Made by a program: the position numbers and the translations under genes. From an uncultured Candidatus Saccharibacteria bacterium (GTDB lineage: Bacteria; Patescibacteriota; UBA1384; UBA12157; JAENIV01), in the NCBI GenBank assembly GCA_964479405.1, contig CAYZMA010000003.1, positions 1 through 41,977 of the forward strand: 41,977 bases of DNA. The letters run 5' to 3'. The notes under the pieces were generated by a model. It did no database searches. It saw only the letters and a program-made list of their open reading frames with translations, and was not told where the DNA came from. Shown piece by piece: positions 26,372-36,175 of the stretch. Each line of letters starts with the position of its first letter. The stretch's first letter is position 1.

Positions 26372-26686
26372 ATGAAAAATGATTTTACCAGAAAAGTTTT
26401 AACCATTGTCGGAAAAATACCTAAAGGAAAATTAATGACTTATGCCGAAGTAGCTAAGTCAGCCAATTCTCCTCGCGCTTACAGAGCCGTCGGTTCTATT
26501 TTAAACAGGAATTTTCATCAACACGAACGACAACTGCCAATTAAAGATTTTCCTCCCGTCCCCTGCCACCGCGTTATCCGTTCCAATGGAATAGTTGGCG
26601 GTTACGCTTTAGGCCAAAAAGAAAAAGAAAAAATCCTCACTGCCGAAGGCCATACAATTGTTAGTCATAAAATTAAATTAAATTAA
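26372..26686 (+). CDS. MGMT/Ogt family methylated-DNA-protein-cysteine methyltransferase (C-terminal domain only)
   Basis: IPKG..TY..VA, RAVG, PCHRV active site. Confidence 0.9.
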   Translation: MKNDFTRKVLTIVGKIPKGKLMTYAEVAKSANSPRAYRAVGSILNRNFHQHERQLPIKDFPPVPCHRVIRSNGIVGGYALGQKEKEKILTAEGHTIVSHKIKLN

Positions 26687-26703
26687 ATTTAAAAGGAGTG
26701 GAA

Positions 26704-27897
26704 TTGAAAGAATATGATGTGGTTATTGTCGGCGCTGGACCCGCCGGTTGCCAATGTGCTCGCGAATTAGCTAAAGAAAATATCAAGGTTATCTTAATTG
26801 AAAAACAAAAGGAAATTGGAGAACCTAATTTCTCAACTGCTGGCACTCCAGAAGAAACAATTAAAGTTTTTGGATTACCAGAAGAGGTTGCACCATATGT
26901 ATGTGACAAATTTTACTTTAAATCATTAAATCTAGAAAAGATTTTTACACTTAAAAAATACAGGAGCTATGTGATTGATTTTAGAAAAATGCGCCAATGG
27001 TTGGCAAGTGAAGTATCTAAAAACGGTGGCGAAATTAGCGTTAGCACCACAGCTAAAGATTTAGTGATAGAAAACGGGAAGACTGTCGGAGTTAGATACC
27101 AAGGTTTAATATCATCAGGTGTAATCAAAGCTAAAGTCATAATTGACGCTACGGGTATAGCAGGGATTTTATCTAAAGATTTACAAATTTTTGATTCTAC
27201 CAAGACTATTCAGACTTTAGAAACAGAATTTGAAATGACTAATCTTACCTTGCCCATTAAAAATGCATTATATTTTTATATGGGTAACGAATTTTTACCT
27301 AATGGTTATGCTTGGATTTTTCCTTTATCTGACAATATCGTCAAAATAGGTTTTGCTAAAGTATTAAAAGATAATGAATCTACTTACAATTTAGAGATTG
27401 GTCTTAAAAAATTTATCGAAAGTATTCCTTGGCTAAATAAATCTCAGCCACTAGAGTTCCATATTAGTAGTTTTCCTTATAATCATACAAATAATTGCGT
27501 AAGAGACAACTATATTGTCATTGGTTCAGCTGCCGGGCACCTTAATCCTTTAGCTGGTGAAGGTATTAGGCACGCACTATATTCTGGTAAATTTGCTGCT
27601 CAAGTGGTCAATGAAGCCTTAACTAACAATGACACTTCTGCTAAGAAACTTTCAAAGTTTAATAATTTATGGAAAGATTACTCAAAAGACAACTGGAAGA
27701 TGTGTAGAGCAATAGCCTACCAGATGTACAACAACACTTCAACTGATAAGACAGATAAATTATTAAAGTCTCTCCAAAAATTTTCCGGCGATGAAATATA
27801 CGATATATTTTTTAACTATAACTTCGAACCATACTTAGCTAAGGTAATCGGTTCTCTATCTTTGAGCGAAATCAAAAAGATTAAAGATATATTCTAG
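26704..27897 (+). CDS. Geranylgeranyl reductase family FAD-dependent oxidoreductase
   Basis: DVVIVGAGPAG, IDATG, GYAWIFP, GSAAG..NPLAGEGI; TTG start behind AAGGAG. Confidence 0.85.
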   Translation: MKEYDVVIVGAGPAGCQCARELAKENIKVILIEKQKEIGEPNFSTAGTPEETIKVFGLPEEVAPYVCDKFYFKSLNLEKIFTLKKYRSYVIDFRKMRQWLASEVSKNGGEISVSTTAKDLVIENGKTVGVRYQGLISSGVIKAKVIIDATGIAGILSKDLQIFDSTKTIQTLETEFEMTNLTLPIKNALYFYMGNEFLPNGYAWIFPLSDNIVKIGFAKVLKDNESTYNLEIGLKKFIESIPWLNKSQPLEFHISSFPYNHTNNCVRDNYIVIGSAAGHLNPLAGEGIRHALYSGKFAAQVVNEALTNNDTSAKKLSKFNNLWKDYSKDNWKMCRAIAYQMYNNTSTDKTDKLLKSLQKFSGDEIYDIFFNYNFEPYLAKVIGSLSLSEIKKIKDIF

Positions 27898-28070
27898 GTC
27901 ACTCTCATCTAAGTCAATATCATGGATAATTAATTTAAAGGTGTTTTTTAATGTTAAAAAAAATTACTCTCAAAATATAGGGTTTAAAAAGTTGTAACTA
28001 TTTAGTTCTGTTAATTTCTGATTTTATAACCGGAACTTAACTCACAAGGTTGGATTTATTTTTATGATTT

Positions 28071-28553
28071 TTATTCCTTCAATTTATTGATTAATTTTAA
28101 TCCCTCATAAGGTGAGCAAACTTCGCATTTACCCATAAAACAATCTGGTTTATATATCATTTCCTGATCTAAAGTAAAAAGAATAGCATTGTTAGACATC
28201 GCAGTAAGCATAAATATCTCATCTTGAGATTTGTGTAGTTCTAAAGCATTCTTTTTACTACACCATTTTCTCCAATCTATAACTGTAATATCAATAAAAT
28301 AAGTCCCATCGCGTCGAATAAAAGCATTACAAATTCTTAGGACATTATCTAATCGTTTTGTTTTTTCTGCCAGATTACCTTTTTCCTGTCTAATAGCCGC
28401 CGATACAAATTCAAATAAAAATACGGCTGGTTGATAAACAGAAATGTTTTTAGTTGTATATATAAGTTTTATTAAATCAACACAAAGCTGTTGATTCACG
28501 GCTTTTTTACTAACAGCCTCAACGAATATAGAACTATCTATTGTTGCATTCAT
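28071..28553 (-). CDS. PIN domain protein (VapC-like)
   Basis: IDSSIFV, conserved E, QDEIF, FTLD acidic PIN pattern. Confidence 0.75.
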   Translation of the reverse strand: MNATIDSSIFVEAVSKKAVNQQLCVDLIKLIYTTKNISVYQPAVFLFEFVSAAIRQEKGNLAEKTKRLDNVLRICNAFIRRDGTYFIDITVIDWRKWCSKKNALELHKSQDEIFMLTAMSNNAILFTLDQEMIYKPDCFMGKCEVCSPYEGLKLINKLKE

Positions 28554-28719
28554 GCGGTCTTCCAAGTAATTCGCGCCATGACAAATTAGACCTATCAGTT
28601 TTTACCAGATAATCAATAGACTCTTTTATTTCTTTCCAATCAGATCCAGTTTTATCATTGGTTTTTTTTATATCTTTATCTTTTTTATCTTCCACGGTTG
28701 ATCCTTTTACATTATTCAT
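28534..28719 (-). CDS. Small charged protein, putative antitoxin
   Basis: 61 aa, upstream of and overlapping the PIN gene. Confidence 0.5.
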   Translation of the reverse strand: MNNVKGSTVEDKKDKDIKKTNDKTGSDWKEIKESIDYLVKTDRSNLSWRELLGRPHECNNR

Positions 28720-28830
28720 ACTATAATAATAACATTACACATTTTTAAATTCAAACAATTCCAACTAATTGACATATTTTTTATTGTGAGATAATGTTTG
28801 AAGAGAAATAGAAGAAACGGGGTGAAGGAA

Positions 28831-29223
28831 ATGAAAAAGGGAAAAAAATGGCTCTTTAAAAAACCACAAGGACCTGCCAAAAGGAAATATTCAAGTCATG
28901 GTACAGTTGGCGAGATTGTCTGCGATGGCTGTGGCACTATTCATCCTGAACTTAATCAAAATGAAGTGTCTCGCGGTTATTTGGTTATGTGTGATTATCA
29001 GATTGTTGAAGAATGTTGCGGTGCGGTTCTTGACAGACTTTATGATTTTTTCGGAGAAATGTTTTTTGAAATGTGGAGCGATGAGTTCCAAAAAGATCCT
29101 CTTGCTAAAAAGCATATTTATACTAGAACCTGTGTTGAATGCATGATAAGAGCATGGAATAAAGTGGCAACAAAAGAAAACATAGAGTCCGAGACAATTC
29201 TGGCCCAACTTCCTTTAAGTTAA
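28831..29223 (+). CDS. Hypothetical Cys-rich protein
   Basis: CDGCGTIH, ECC, CVEC; followed by a terminator; start uncertain (28798 or 28831). Confidence 0.6.
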   Translation: MKKGKKWLFKKPQGPAKRKYSSHGTVGEIVCDGCGTIHPELNQNEVSRGYLVMCDYQIVEECCGAVLDRLYDFFGEMFFEMWSDEFQKDPLAKKHIYTRTCVECMIRAWNKVATKENIESETILAQLPLS

Positions 29224-29230
29224 TTCTATT

Positions 29231-29273
29231 CTATCCAAAAGACCGACTTTTTCAAGCCGGTCTTTTTTATTCC
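29231..29273. terminator. Terminator hairpin, copy 1 of direct repeat
   Basis: AAAAGACCGACTTTTTCAAGCCGGTCTTTTTT; near-identical to 30019-30066. Confidence 0.8.
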
Positions 29274-29315
29274 TTACTAAAAATCCCTTACCTTGATAGC
29301 TCATATATAAAATTC

Positions 29316-29726
29316 TTATTTAGAACATTTAATTATATTTAGAAAATAATGAGGAGTGATTATCGGAACTTCATTATAGACTTTAATTTTCAAAAGATGA
29401 TTATCGCCGGAAATAATGTAATCAATTTTGAGTTCATTAGCAATCGCAAGAACTTGATTATCAAAATTATCATTTTTAATAATATTGGGTATTTTTTGGG
29501 GATATACCATAACAAAATTTTCTTCAATTAATTTTTCTACTTTAATTAATTGATTATGAGAATATTTAAATTTCATTTCAAGAACTCCCAATAATTCATC
29601 AATCACTGCTCTTGAAATAATACCAGTTATTTTCTTCTCAACAATTATTAGTTCTAAAATGTTTCTTGGTTTACCACCAAAAATAAGAGCCGAAATTAAA
29701 ATGTTAGTATCCAAAATAACCTTCAT
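29316..29726 (-). CDS. PIN family toxin (PIN_3-like)
   Basis: VILDTNILISALI, DNQVL, IISGDNHLL. Confidence 0.92.
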   Translation of the reverse strand: MKVILDTNILISALIFGGKPRNILELIIVEKKITGIISRAVIDELLGVLEMKFKYSHNQLIKVEKLIEENFVMVYPQKIPNIIKNDNFDNQVLAIANELKIDYIISGDNHLLKIKVYNEVPIITPHYFLNIIKCSK

Positions 29727-29962
29727 TAGTTCTTCCTGAAACTTGCAATCTTTCTATTTAGATTTTCAGGACTGATTTTTTGTTTTTTTGCTTGAGTTTC
29801 ACCGTAATTATAAATTTGACTTAAATTTTGGCGAGTTAAAATATAGCTGCGAAGAGCTTCACGAAAAAGTTCACTGCGAGTTCTATATTCTTTTTCAGCA
29901 AGTTTATCTGCATCGGAAAGTAATTGGCCCGGTATAGAGATGTTAATAATTTTTGTTCTCAT
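29726..29962 (-). CDS. Ribbon-helix-helix (CopG-like) antitoxin
   Basis: INISIP..LL..AD.LA...RSELFREALR; TAATG overlap with the toxin. Confidence 0.9.
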   Translation of the reverse strand: MRTKIINISIPGQLLSDADKLAEKEYRTRSELFREALRSYILTRQNLSQIYNYGETQAKKQKISPENLNRKIASFRKN

Positions 29963-29980
29963 TCTTCCCTTTCTACAAAC

Positions 29981-30010
29981 ATTATATAAAGATTACCTAA
30001 ACTTTGTCAA
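29981..30010 (-). promoter_or_regulatory. Promoter of the RHH-PIN operon
   Basis: TTGACA-N18-TATAAT. Confidence 0.65.
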
Positions 30011-30018
30011 GTAGATTG

Positions 30019-30066
30019 CTATACCAAAAAGACCGGCTCTTTCAAACCGGTCTTTTTTTAAATTCC
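30019..30066. terminator. groEL terminator, copy 2 of direct repeat
   Basis: AAAAAGACCGG-CTCTTTCAAA-CCGGTCTTTTTTT, bidirectional. Confidence 0.85.
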
Positions 30067-30077
30067 GCGATAGCGGC

Positions 30078-32020
<1,943 letters not shown>

Positions 32021-32063
32021 AAAACACCTTTCTACTATTTTATTTATATTATTTTTTAAGGAA

Positions 32064-32130
32064 TAAAAATTCGGACTTTCCTCCGAAGTTGACGGGAGCC
32101 GGAAGGGGGATAACCGGACTCCCATCAACC
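32064..32130 (-). ncRNA. Candidate two-hairpin leader or small RNA upstream of groES
   Basis: GUUGAUGGGAG/CUCCCGUCAAC stem with C-rich loop, then UUCGGA/UCCGAA hairpin and U-tract; promoter TTGACA-N18-TAAAAT at 32163-32134. Confidence 0.55.
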
Positions 32131-32166
32131 ATTATTTTAACCAGAATAGACTATTTTTGTCAACCC

Positions 32167-33063
32167 CTATATTTTTAATTTTTTTATTTTTTCCTGCCAT
32201 TTCTTCTGATAAAATTCGCGCCGATCGTAAGCATGCAATTTCATCATTTGCGCATCAGCTATAACCGATGCGCCAGCACGATGACTTTCTTTTAAACCCC
32301 AAATTTTTTTAATCTGCATATTTCCTAAAAAATTCTCCAGTTTTTCGCCAAATTGACCCGATAAAATCTTTTCTAATTTTGATTTTTTTTCTAAGACAGT
32401 TTCAATATTTTTTTCTTGTAAGTTGGGTAGTTCTTTAATAATCCAATTATTTTCCAAAATAAATTTCTGATATATTTTTCGGTTCAAAACCGGCTCAAGC
32501 ATGGCCAACCAGTAGGTAAAATAAATATCTTCGCTATTACGTAAATTTTCTAAATTTAACTTCTCGGTAGTTATTGCAAATCCTAAACAGAATTTATTCG
32601 CTTGATACCATTTATTTTTATTTTGCCCAACTATCTCAAGCAGTCCAACTACAAAAGCACGCGCCGTCCAAAGCCGATTTTTTTTAGTGATAAGTAAAAT
32701 ATCAATATCCGAATTAATATTAGAAGCTCCAAAAGCCAATGAATTAATAATAGAGATATTTTTAACAAAAGGCACCCATCGGAGTAATCTAACTATTCTT
32801 TGCGTTTTTTTTATCCGTTTTTGGCAAAGATCTCTTTGTTTTTCAAAAATAGTAAAATTTTTCTGTGAATTAAAGAGCAAAAAATATGAGTCTTTTTCAA
32901 CCACTATTTTCTTTTTTTGCAAAGCGCGCAAGGCAAATAAAACCTGAATTTTACTTGTTTTTTCGTGATATAAATTGTGCCACAATTCTTCCAAGGTCAA
33001 TGGCCGTTTAAAAATATCAAAAAAGGCTAAGGTCTTAAGAATGGCTTTTTCTACTTTTGTCAT
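32167..33063 (-). CDS. Hypothetical protein with nucleotidyltransferase-like motif
   Basis: NSLAFGASNINSDIDILLI; N-terminal wHTH-like PLTLEEL; start moved to ATG 33063. Confidence 0.7.
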   Translation of the reverse strand: MTKVEKAILKTLAFFDIFKRPLTLEELWHNLYHEKTSKIQVLFALRALQKKKIVVEKDSYFLLFNSQKNFTIFEKQRDLCQKRIKKTQRIVRLLRWVPFVKNISIINSLAFGASNINSDIDILLITKKNRLWTARAFVVGLLEIVGQNKNKWYQANKFCLGFAITTEKLNLENLRNSEDIYFTYWLAMLEPVLNRKIYQKFILENNWIIKELPNLQEKNIETVLEKKSKLEKILSGQFGEKLENFLGNMQIKKIWGLKESHRAGASVIADAQMMKLHAYDRREFYQKKWQEKIKKLKI

Positions 33064-33137
33064 AACTTTTGATAATAACAGAATCATCCTTGATTGCAAG
33101 AGCACTATATGCTAAATTAAATATAAAGATTATTAAC

Positions 33138-33247
33138 TGTCATTGCGAGCTTTAGCGAAGCAATCCGCTTGTCGTTGCGAGGAGCAACGCGACGAAGCAA
33201 TCTATCTAAAGATTGCCACGGCCTTCGGCCTCGCAATGACAATAAGA
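33138..33247. repeat. REP/RPE-like palindromic element in the trpS 5' UTR
   Basis: TGTCATTGCGAG..GAAGCAATC (twice) ... GATTGC..CTCGCAATGACA terminal inverted repeats. Confidence 0.85.
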
Positions 33248-33255
33248 GGTAAATT

Positions 33256-34215
33256 ATGCGTATTTTTTCTGGCATCCAGCCGTCTGGCGTTGTTCATCTT
33301 GGTAACTATTTGGGGGCAATGAAAAATTGGGCAAAGCTCCAAACAGAGAATGAGACAATTTTTTGTATTGTTGACTATCACGCTATTACTGTTAATTATC
33401 CGAAAGAAGAAATGCCCCAAAGAATTATTTCGGCAGCTAAAGATGTTCTGGCAAGCGGTATCGATCCTAATAAATCTACCCTATTTTTGCAATCTGACAT
33501 CTCGGAACACACCGAATTGGCGTGGCTCCTAAATACCATTACAACAATGGGTGAATTAACACGGATGACTCAATACAAAGAAAAAGCCCAAAAAAATGAA
33601 GAAAGAGTTGGTCTTTTTGACTATCCGGTGCTGATGGCAGCCGATATTTTGCTTTACAAAGCCGAAGGTGTACCGGTCGGCGAAGATCAAGTTCAGCATG
33701 TAGAAATTACCCGTGATTTGGCGCGTCGCTTTAATACCAAATTTGGTGAAACTTTTCCTGAACCAAAAGCCTTGTTGACCGAAGCAAAAAGAGTCGGTTC
33801 GCTTTCAGGCGAAGGCAAAATGTCTAAATCGGATGCACCTAATACCTATATTGCTTTAACCGATGACCCAGAAACGATTCATCAAAAAATCGCCAGCGCT
33901 ACCACCGATGACGGCAAAAACCCGGAAATTTCGGCTGGCACTTTGAATTTGATTAATCTCTACGATGAACTCGTCGGTTCGGCCGAAGCGGGTAAATTTT
34001 TAATGCAAAGAAAAAACGGTACGATTAAATACAGTGAATTTAAACCAATACTAGCCGAAGCAATTATTAAAGAATTGGAACCGTTTCAAAAAAGACGCGC
34101 CGAAATTTCCGATAACGAAGTCAAAAAAATCCTAAAAGAAGGTGCCGAAAAGCTCCGCCCCCTCGCCCAAAAAACAATTTTAGAAGTCAAAGAAAAAATG
34201 GGATTAGTAATCTAA
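33256..34215 (+). CDS. trpS: Tryptophan--tRNA ligase
   Basis: SGIQPSG, HLGN, YPVLMAADIL, VGEDQ, KMSKS. Confidence 0.97.
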   Translation: MRIFSGIQPSGVVHLGNYLGAMKNWAKLQTENETIFCIVDYHAITVNYPKEEMPQRIISAAKDVLASGIDPNKSTLFLQSDISEHTELAWLLNTITTMGELTRMTQYKEKAQKNEERVGLFDYPVLMAADILLYKAEGVPVGEDQVQHVEITRDLARRFNTKFGETFPEPKALLTEAKRVGSLSGEGKMSKSDAPNTYIALTDDPETIHQKIASATTDDGKNPEISAGTLNLINLYDELVGSAEAGKFLMQRKNGTIKYSEFKPILAEAIIKELEPFQKRRAEISDNEVKKILKEGAEKLRPLAQKTILEVKEKMGLVI

Positions 34216-34227
34216 AAAGGAGGACAT

Positions 34228-34461
34228 ATGAACCAAAATCAACCACCAACTCAACAACAAAATCCCCAACCAACATCGTCCACACCTCAAACAACACCGC
34301 CAGCTACCACACAACAACCACCAGTCAATCAACAATCACCGCAAAAACCAAACAACAATAAAATCTTTGGTATCATCGCGATCGTTATTGTTAGCTTGTT
34401 TATAATTATCGTTGGCATTTTTTTCTTTATGCTTTTTTACCCTGGTTCGCACGGAGGTTAG
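34228..34461 (+). CDS. Small Gln/Pro-rich single-TM protein, possibly truncated
   Basis: AGGAGG RBS; low-complexity N-terminus, one TM, stop 7 codons later. Confidence 0.6.
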   Translation: MNQNQPPTQQQNPQPTSSTPQTTPPATTQQPPVNQQSPQKPNNNKIFGIIAIVIVSLFIIIVGIFFFMLFYPGSHGG

Positions 34462-34502
34462 TTGTGTCCAGACAATAAATAGTCAACTTCACCTCACTTA
34501 CG

Positions 34503-34556
34503 AGCAATCCATGAGGATTAAAGATTGCTTCGTTATTGCTCGCAATGACAATAAGA
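34503..34556. repeat. Partial copy of the 33138 palindromic element
   Basis: AGCAATC..TAAAGATTGC..CTCGCAATGACAATAAGA shared with the 3' half of the 33138 element. Confidence 0.75.
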
Positions 34557-34757
34557 ACATTTTCAACGACTTTAATAATACCAATTTGATAATACCAAAA
34601 CTTTTGCCATTTTACAGGTTCAAATTATACCCTTTTTTCCGCGATCGCGAGATTTAGGTCATATTTTGAACCATATTTTTGGATAAAAATTTTTAGTTTT
34701 TCATTATTTCGTTATTTAGAATTGTTTTTTAGTATTTAGGATTTAGTGCTTAGGATT

Positions 34758-36092
34758 TTAAGCCCTGATAAGGGCGAGTAATTCGTCTTTTTTTTGTTCC
34801 AATAGTTCTTTGCTTTTGGCCTCAACATTTAAGCGAAGCAGTGGTTCAGTATTAGAAGGTCTGACATTAAATCGCCAATCAGTGTACTCAACAGAAATTC
34901 CATCAAGTTCTGACTGTTGACCATCTTTATATTTATTTTTAATTTCCTCAATTTTTCCTTCTTGATTTTTGACTTCCGAATTAATTTCACCCGAAAGAAA
35001 ATATTTATTATACTTATGAGCAATTTCCGACAAAGGTTTTCCCTCTTCGGAAATAAGCTCCATTATCACCAAACTCGCCAACATTCCTGAATCAGCATAA
35101 TACAAATCTTTAAAATAATAATGACCCGAATGTTCACCGGCAAACAAACCATCTTCCTTGCGCATCTTTGTTTTAATTAGCGAATGGCCGACTTTGGTCA
35201 CTTCTGGCACCCCGCCATTTTTCTGGATTGTTTCTTTAACAACCCAACCGCATAAAAGATTATATAAAATTCTTGAACCCGGATGCCGTTTGAGCATTCT
35301 TTTAGCAATCATCGCTGTGGTTATTGTTGAAGATAAATTTTCGCCTTTTTCGTCAATCAGAAAAACCCTGTCACCATCACCATCAAAAGCCAAACCCAAA
35401 TCAGCTTCCTCCTCCACAACTTTCTTTTTAATATCCACCAAATTTTTATCTTCAATCGGACTTGGTTGATGATAAGGAAAATTGCCATCAATTTCCCCGC
35501 AAAGAGGAATTAATTTAATTGGTAAATTTTTAAAAACTTTTTGGGCGATAAAATAAGCTACACCACTACCGGCATCAAGCACAACTTTTAAAGGTTTAAT
35601 TTTGGAAATATCAACTAAAGAATTTAATTTTTCCGCATATTCATTGTAAATTTCGCGTGAATTTTCCATTCCAATTTTTTCCGCTTCTTTCAAATTATTG
35701 CTGTTAATTAAATCGCGCATATTAAATAACCCTTCATCGCCCGAAACTGCTTTCGCTCCCTTTAAAATAAACTTAAAACCATTATTATCTTTTGGATTGT
35801 GCGAAGCAGTCACAATCGCCAAGCCATCAAAATCATCAGAACCACTTAAAAAATAAATCATATCGGTTGAAATAATACCCAGATGCGTCACATCGGCACC
35901 AGCTTTTTTTGCACCTTCCGTCAAAGCTTTTTCAATTTGGGGCGAAGAAAGACGGCCATCGCGACCAAAGGCCACTTTTTTAAGATTAAACTGCATTACA
36001 AAAGCCTGACCGATTTTTTGAGCTATTTCTTCATCAATAGTTTCGGGATAAACTCCCCTCACATCATATGCCTTAAAAATTGAGTCATCCAT
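34758..36092 (-). CDS. Phosphomannomutase/phosphoglucomutase
   Basis: FKAYDVRG, TASHNP, FDGDGDR, GEHSGH, RPSNTEP; start moved to ATG 36092 behind GGAGG. Confidence 0.95.
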   Translation of the reverse strand: MDDSIFKAYDVRGVYPETIDEEIAQKIGQAFVMQFNLKKVAFGRDGRLSSPQIEKALTEGAKKAGADVTHLGIISTDMIYFLSGSDDFDGLAIVTASHNPKDNNGFKFILKGAKAVSGDEGLFNMRDLINSNNLKEAEKIGMENSREIYNEYAEKLNSLVDISKIKPLKVVLDAGSGVAYFIAQKVFKNLPIKLIPLCGEIDGNFPYHQPSPIEDKNLVDIKKKVVEEEADLGLAFDGDGDRVFLIDEKGENLSSTITTAMIAKRMLKRHPGSRILYNLLCGWVVKETIQKNGGVPEVTKVGHSLIKTKMRKEDGLFAGEHSGHYYFKDLYYADSGMLASLVIMELISEEGKPLSEIAHKYNKYFLSGEINSEVKNQEGKIEEIKNKYKDGQQSELDGISVEYTDWRFNVRPSNTEPLLRLNVEAKSKELLEQKKDELLALIRA

Positions 36093-36175
36093 TTTTACCT
36101 CCATCATTTTTATTTTAGAGTTTCTTAAATCATTTGACAACTTTTGCCCTCTACTGCTATCTTAAAGATAAGCTT

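Noticed and set aside
27951-28040. RBS plus MLKKITLKI*G.., possibly a decayed gene start
   Set aside because: Too short and interrupted to assign
32072-32085. GGAGGAAAGTCCG on the minus strand resembles the RNase P RNA conserved motif
   Set aside because: Followed by AT-rich sequence and groES within about 50 nt; no room or 3' motif for rnpB, and it is explained by a local hairpin
32095-32120. CCGGAAGG resembling SRP RNA domain IV
   Set aside because: Lacks the flanking CAGG and AGCAG internal-loop motifs; the promoter points the other way
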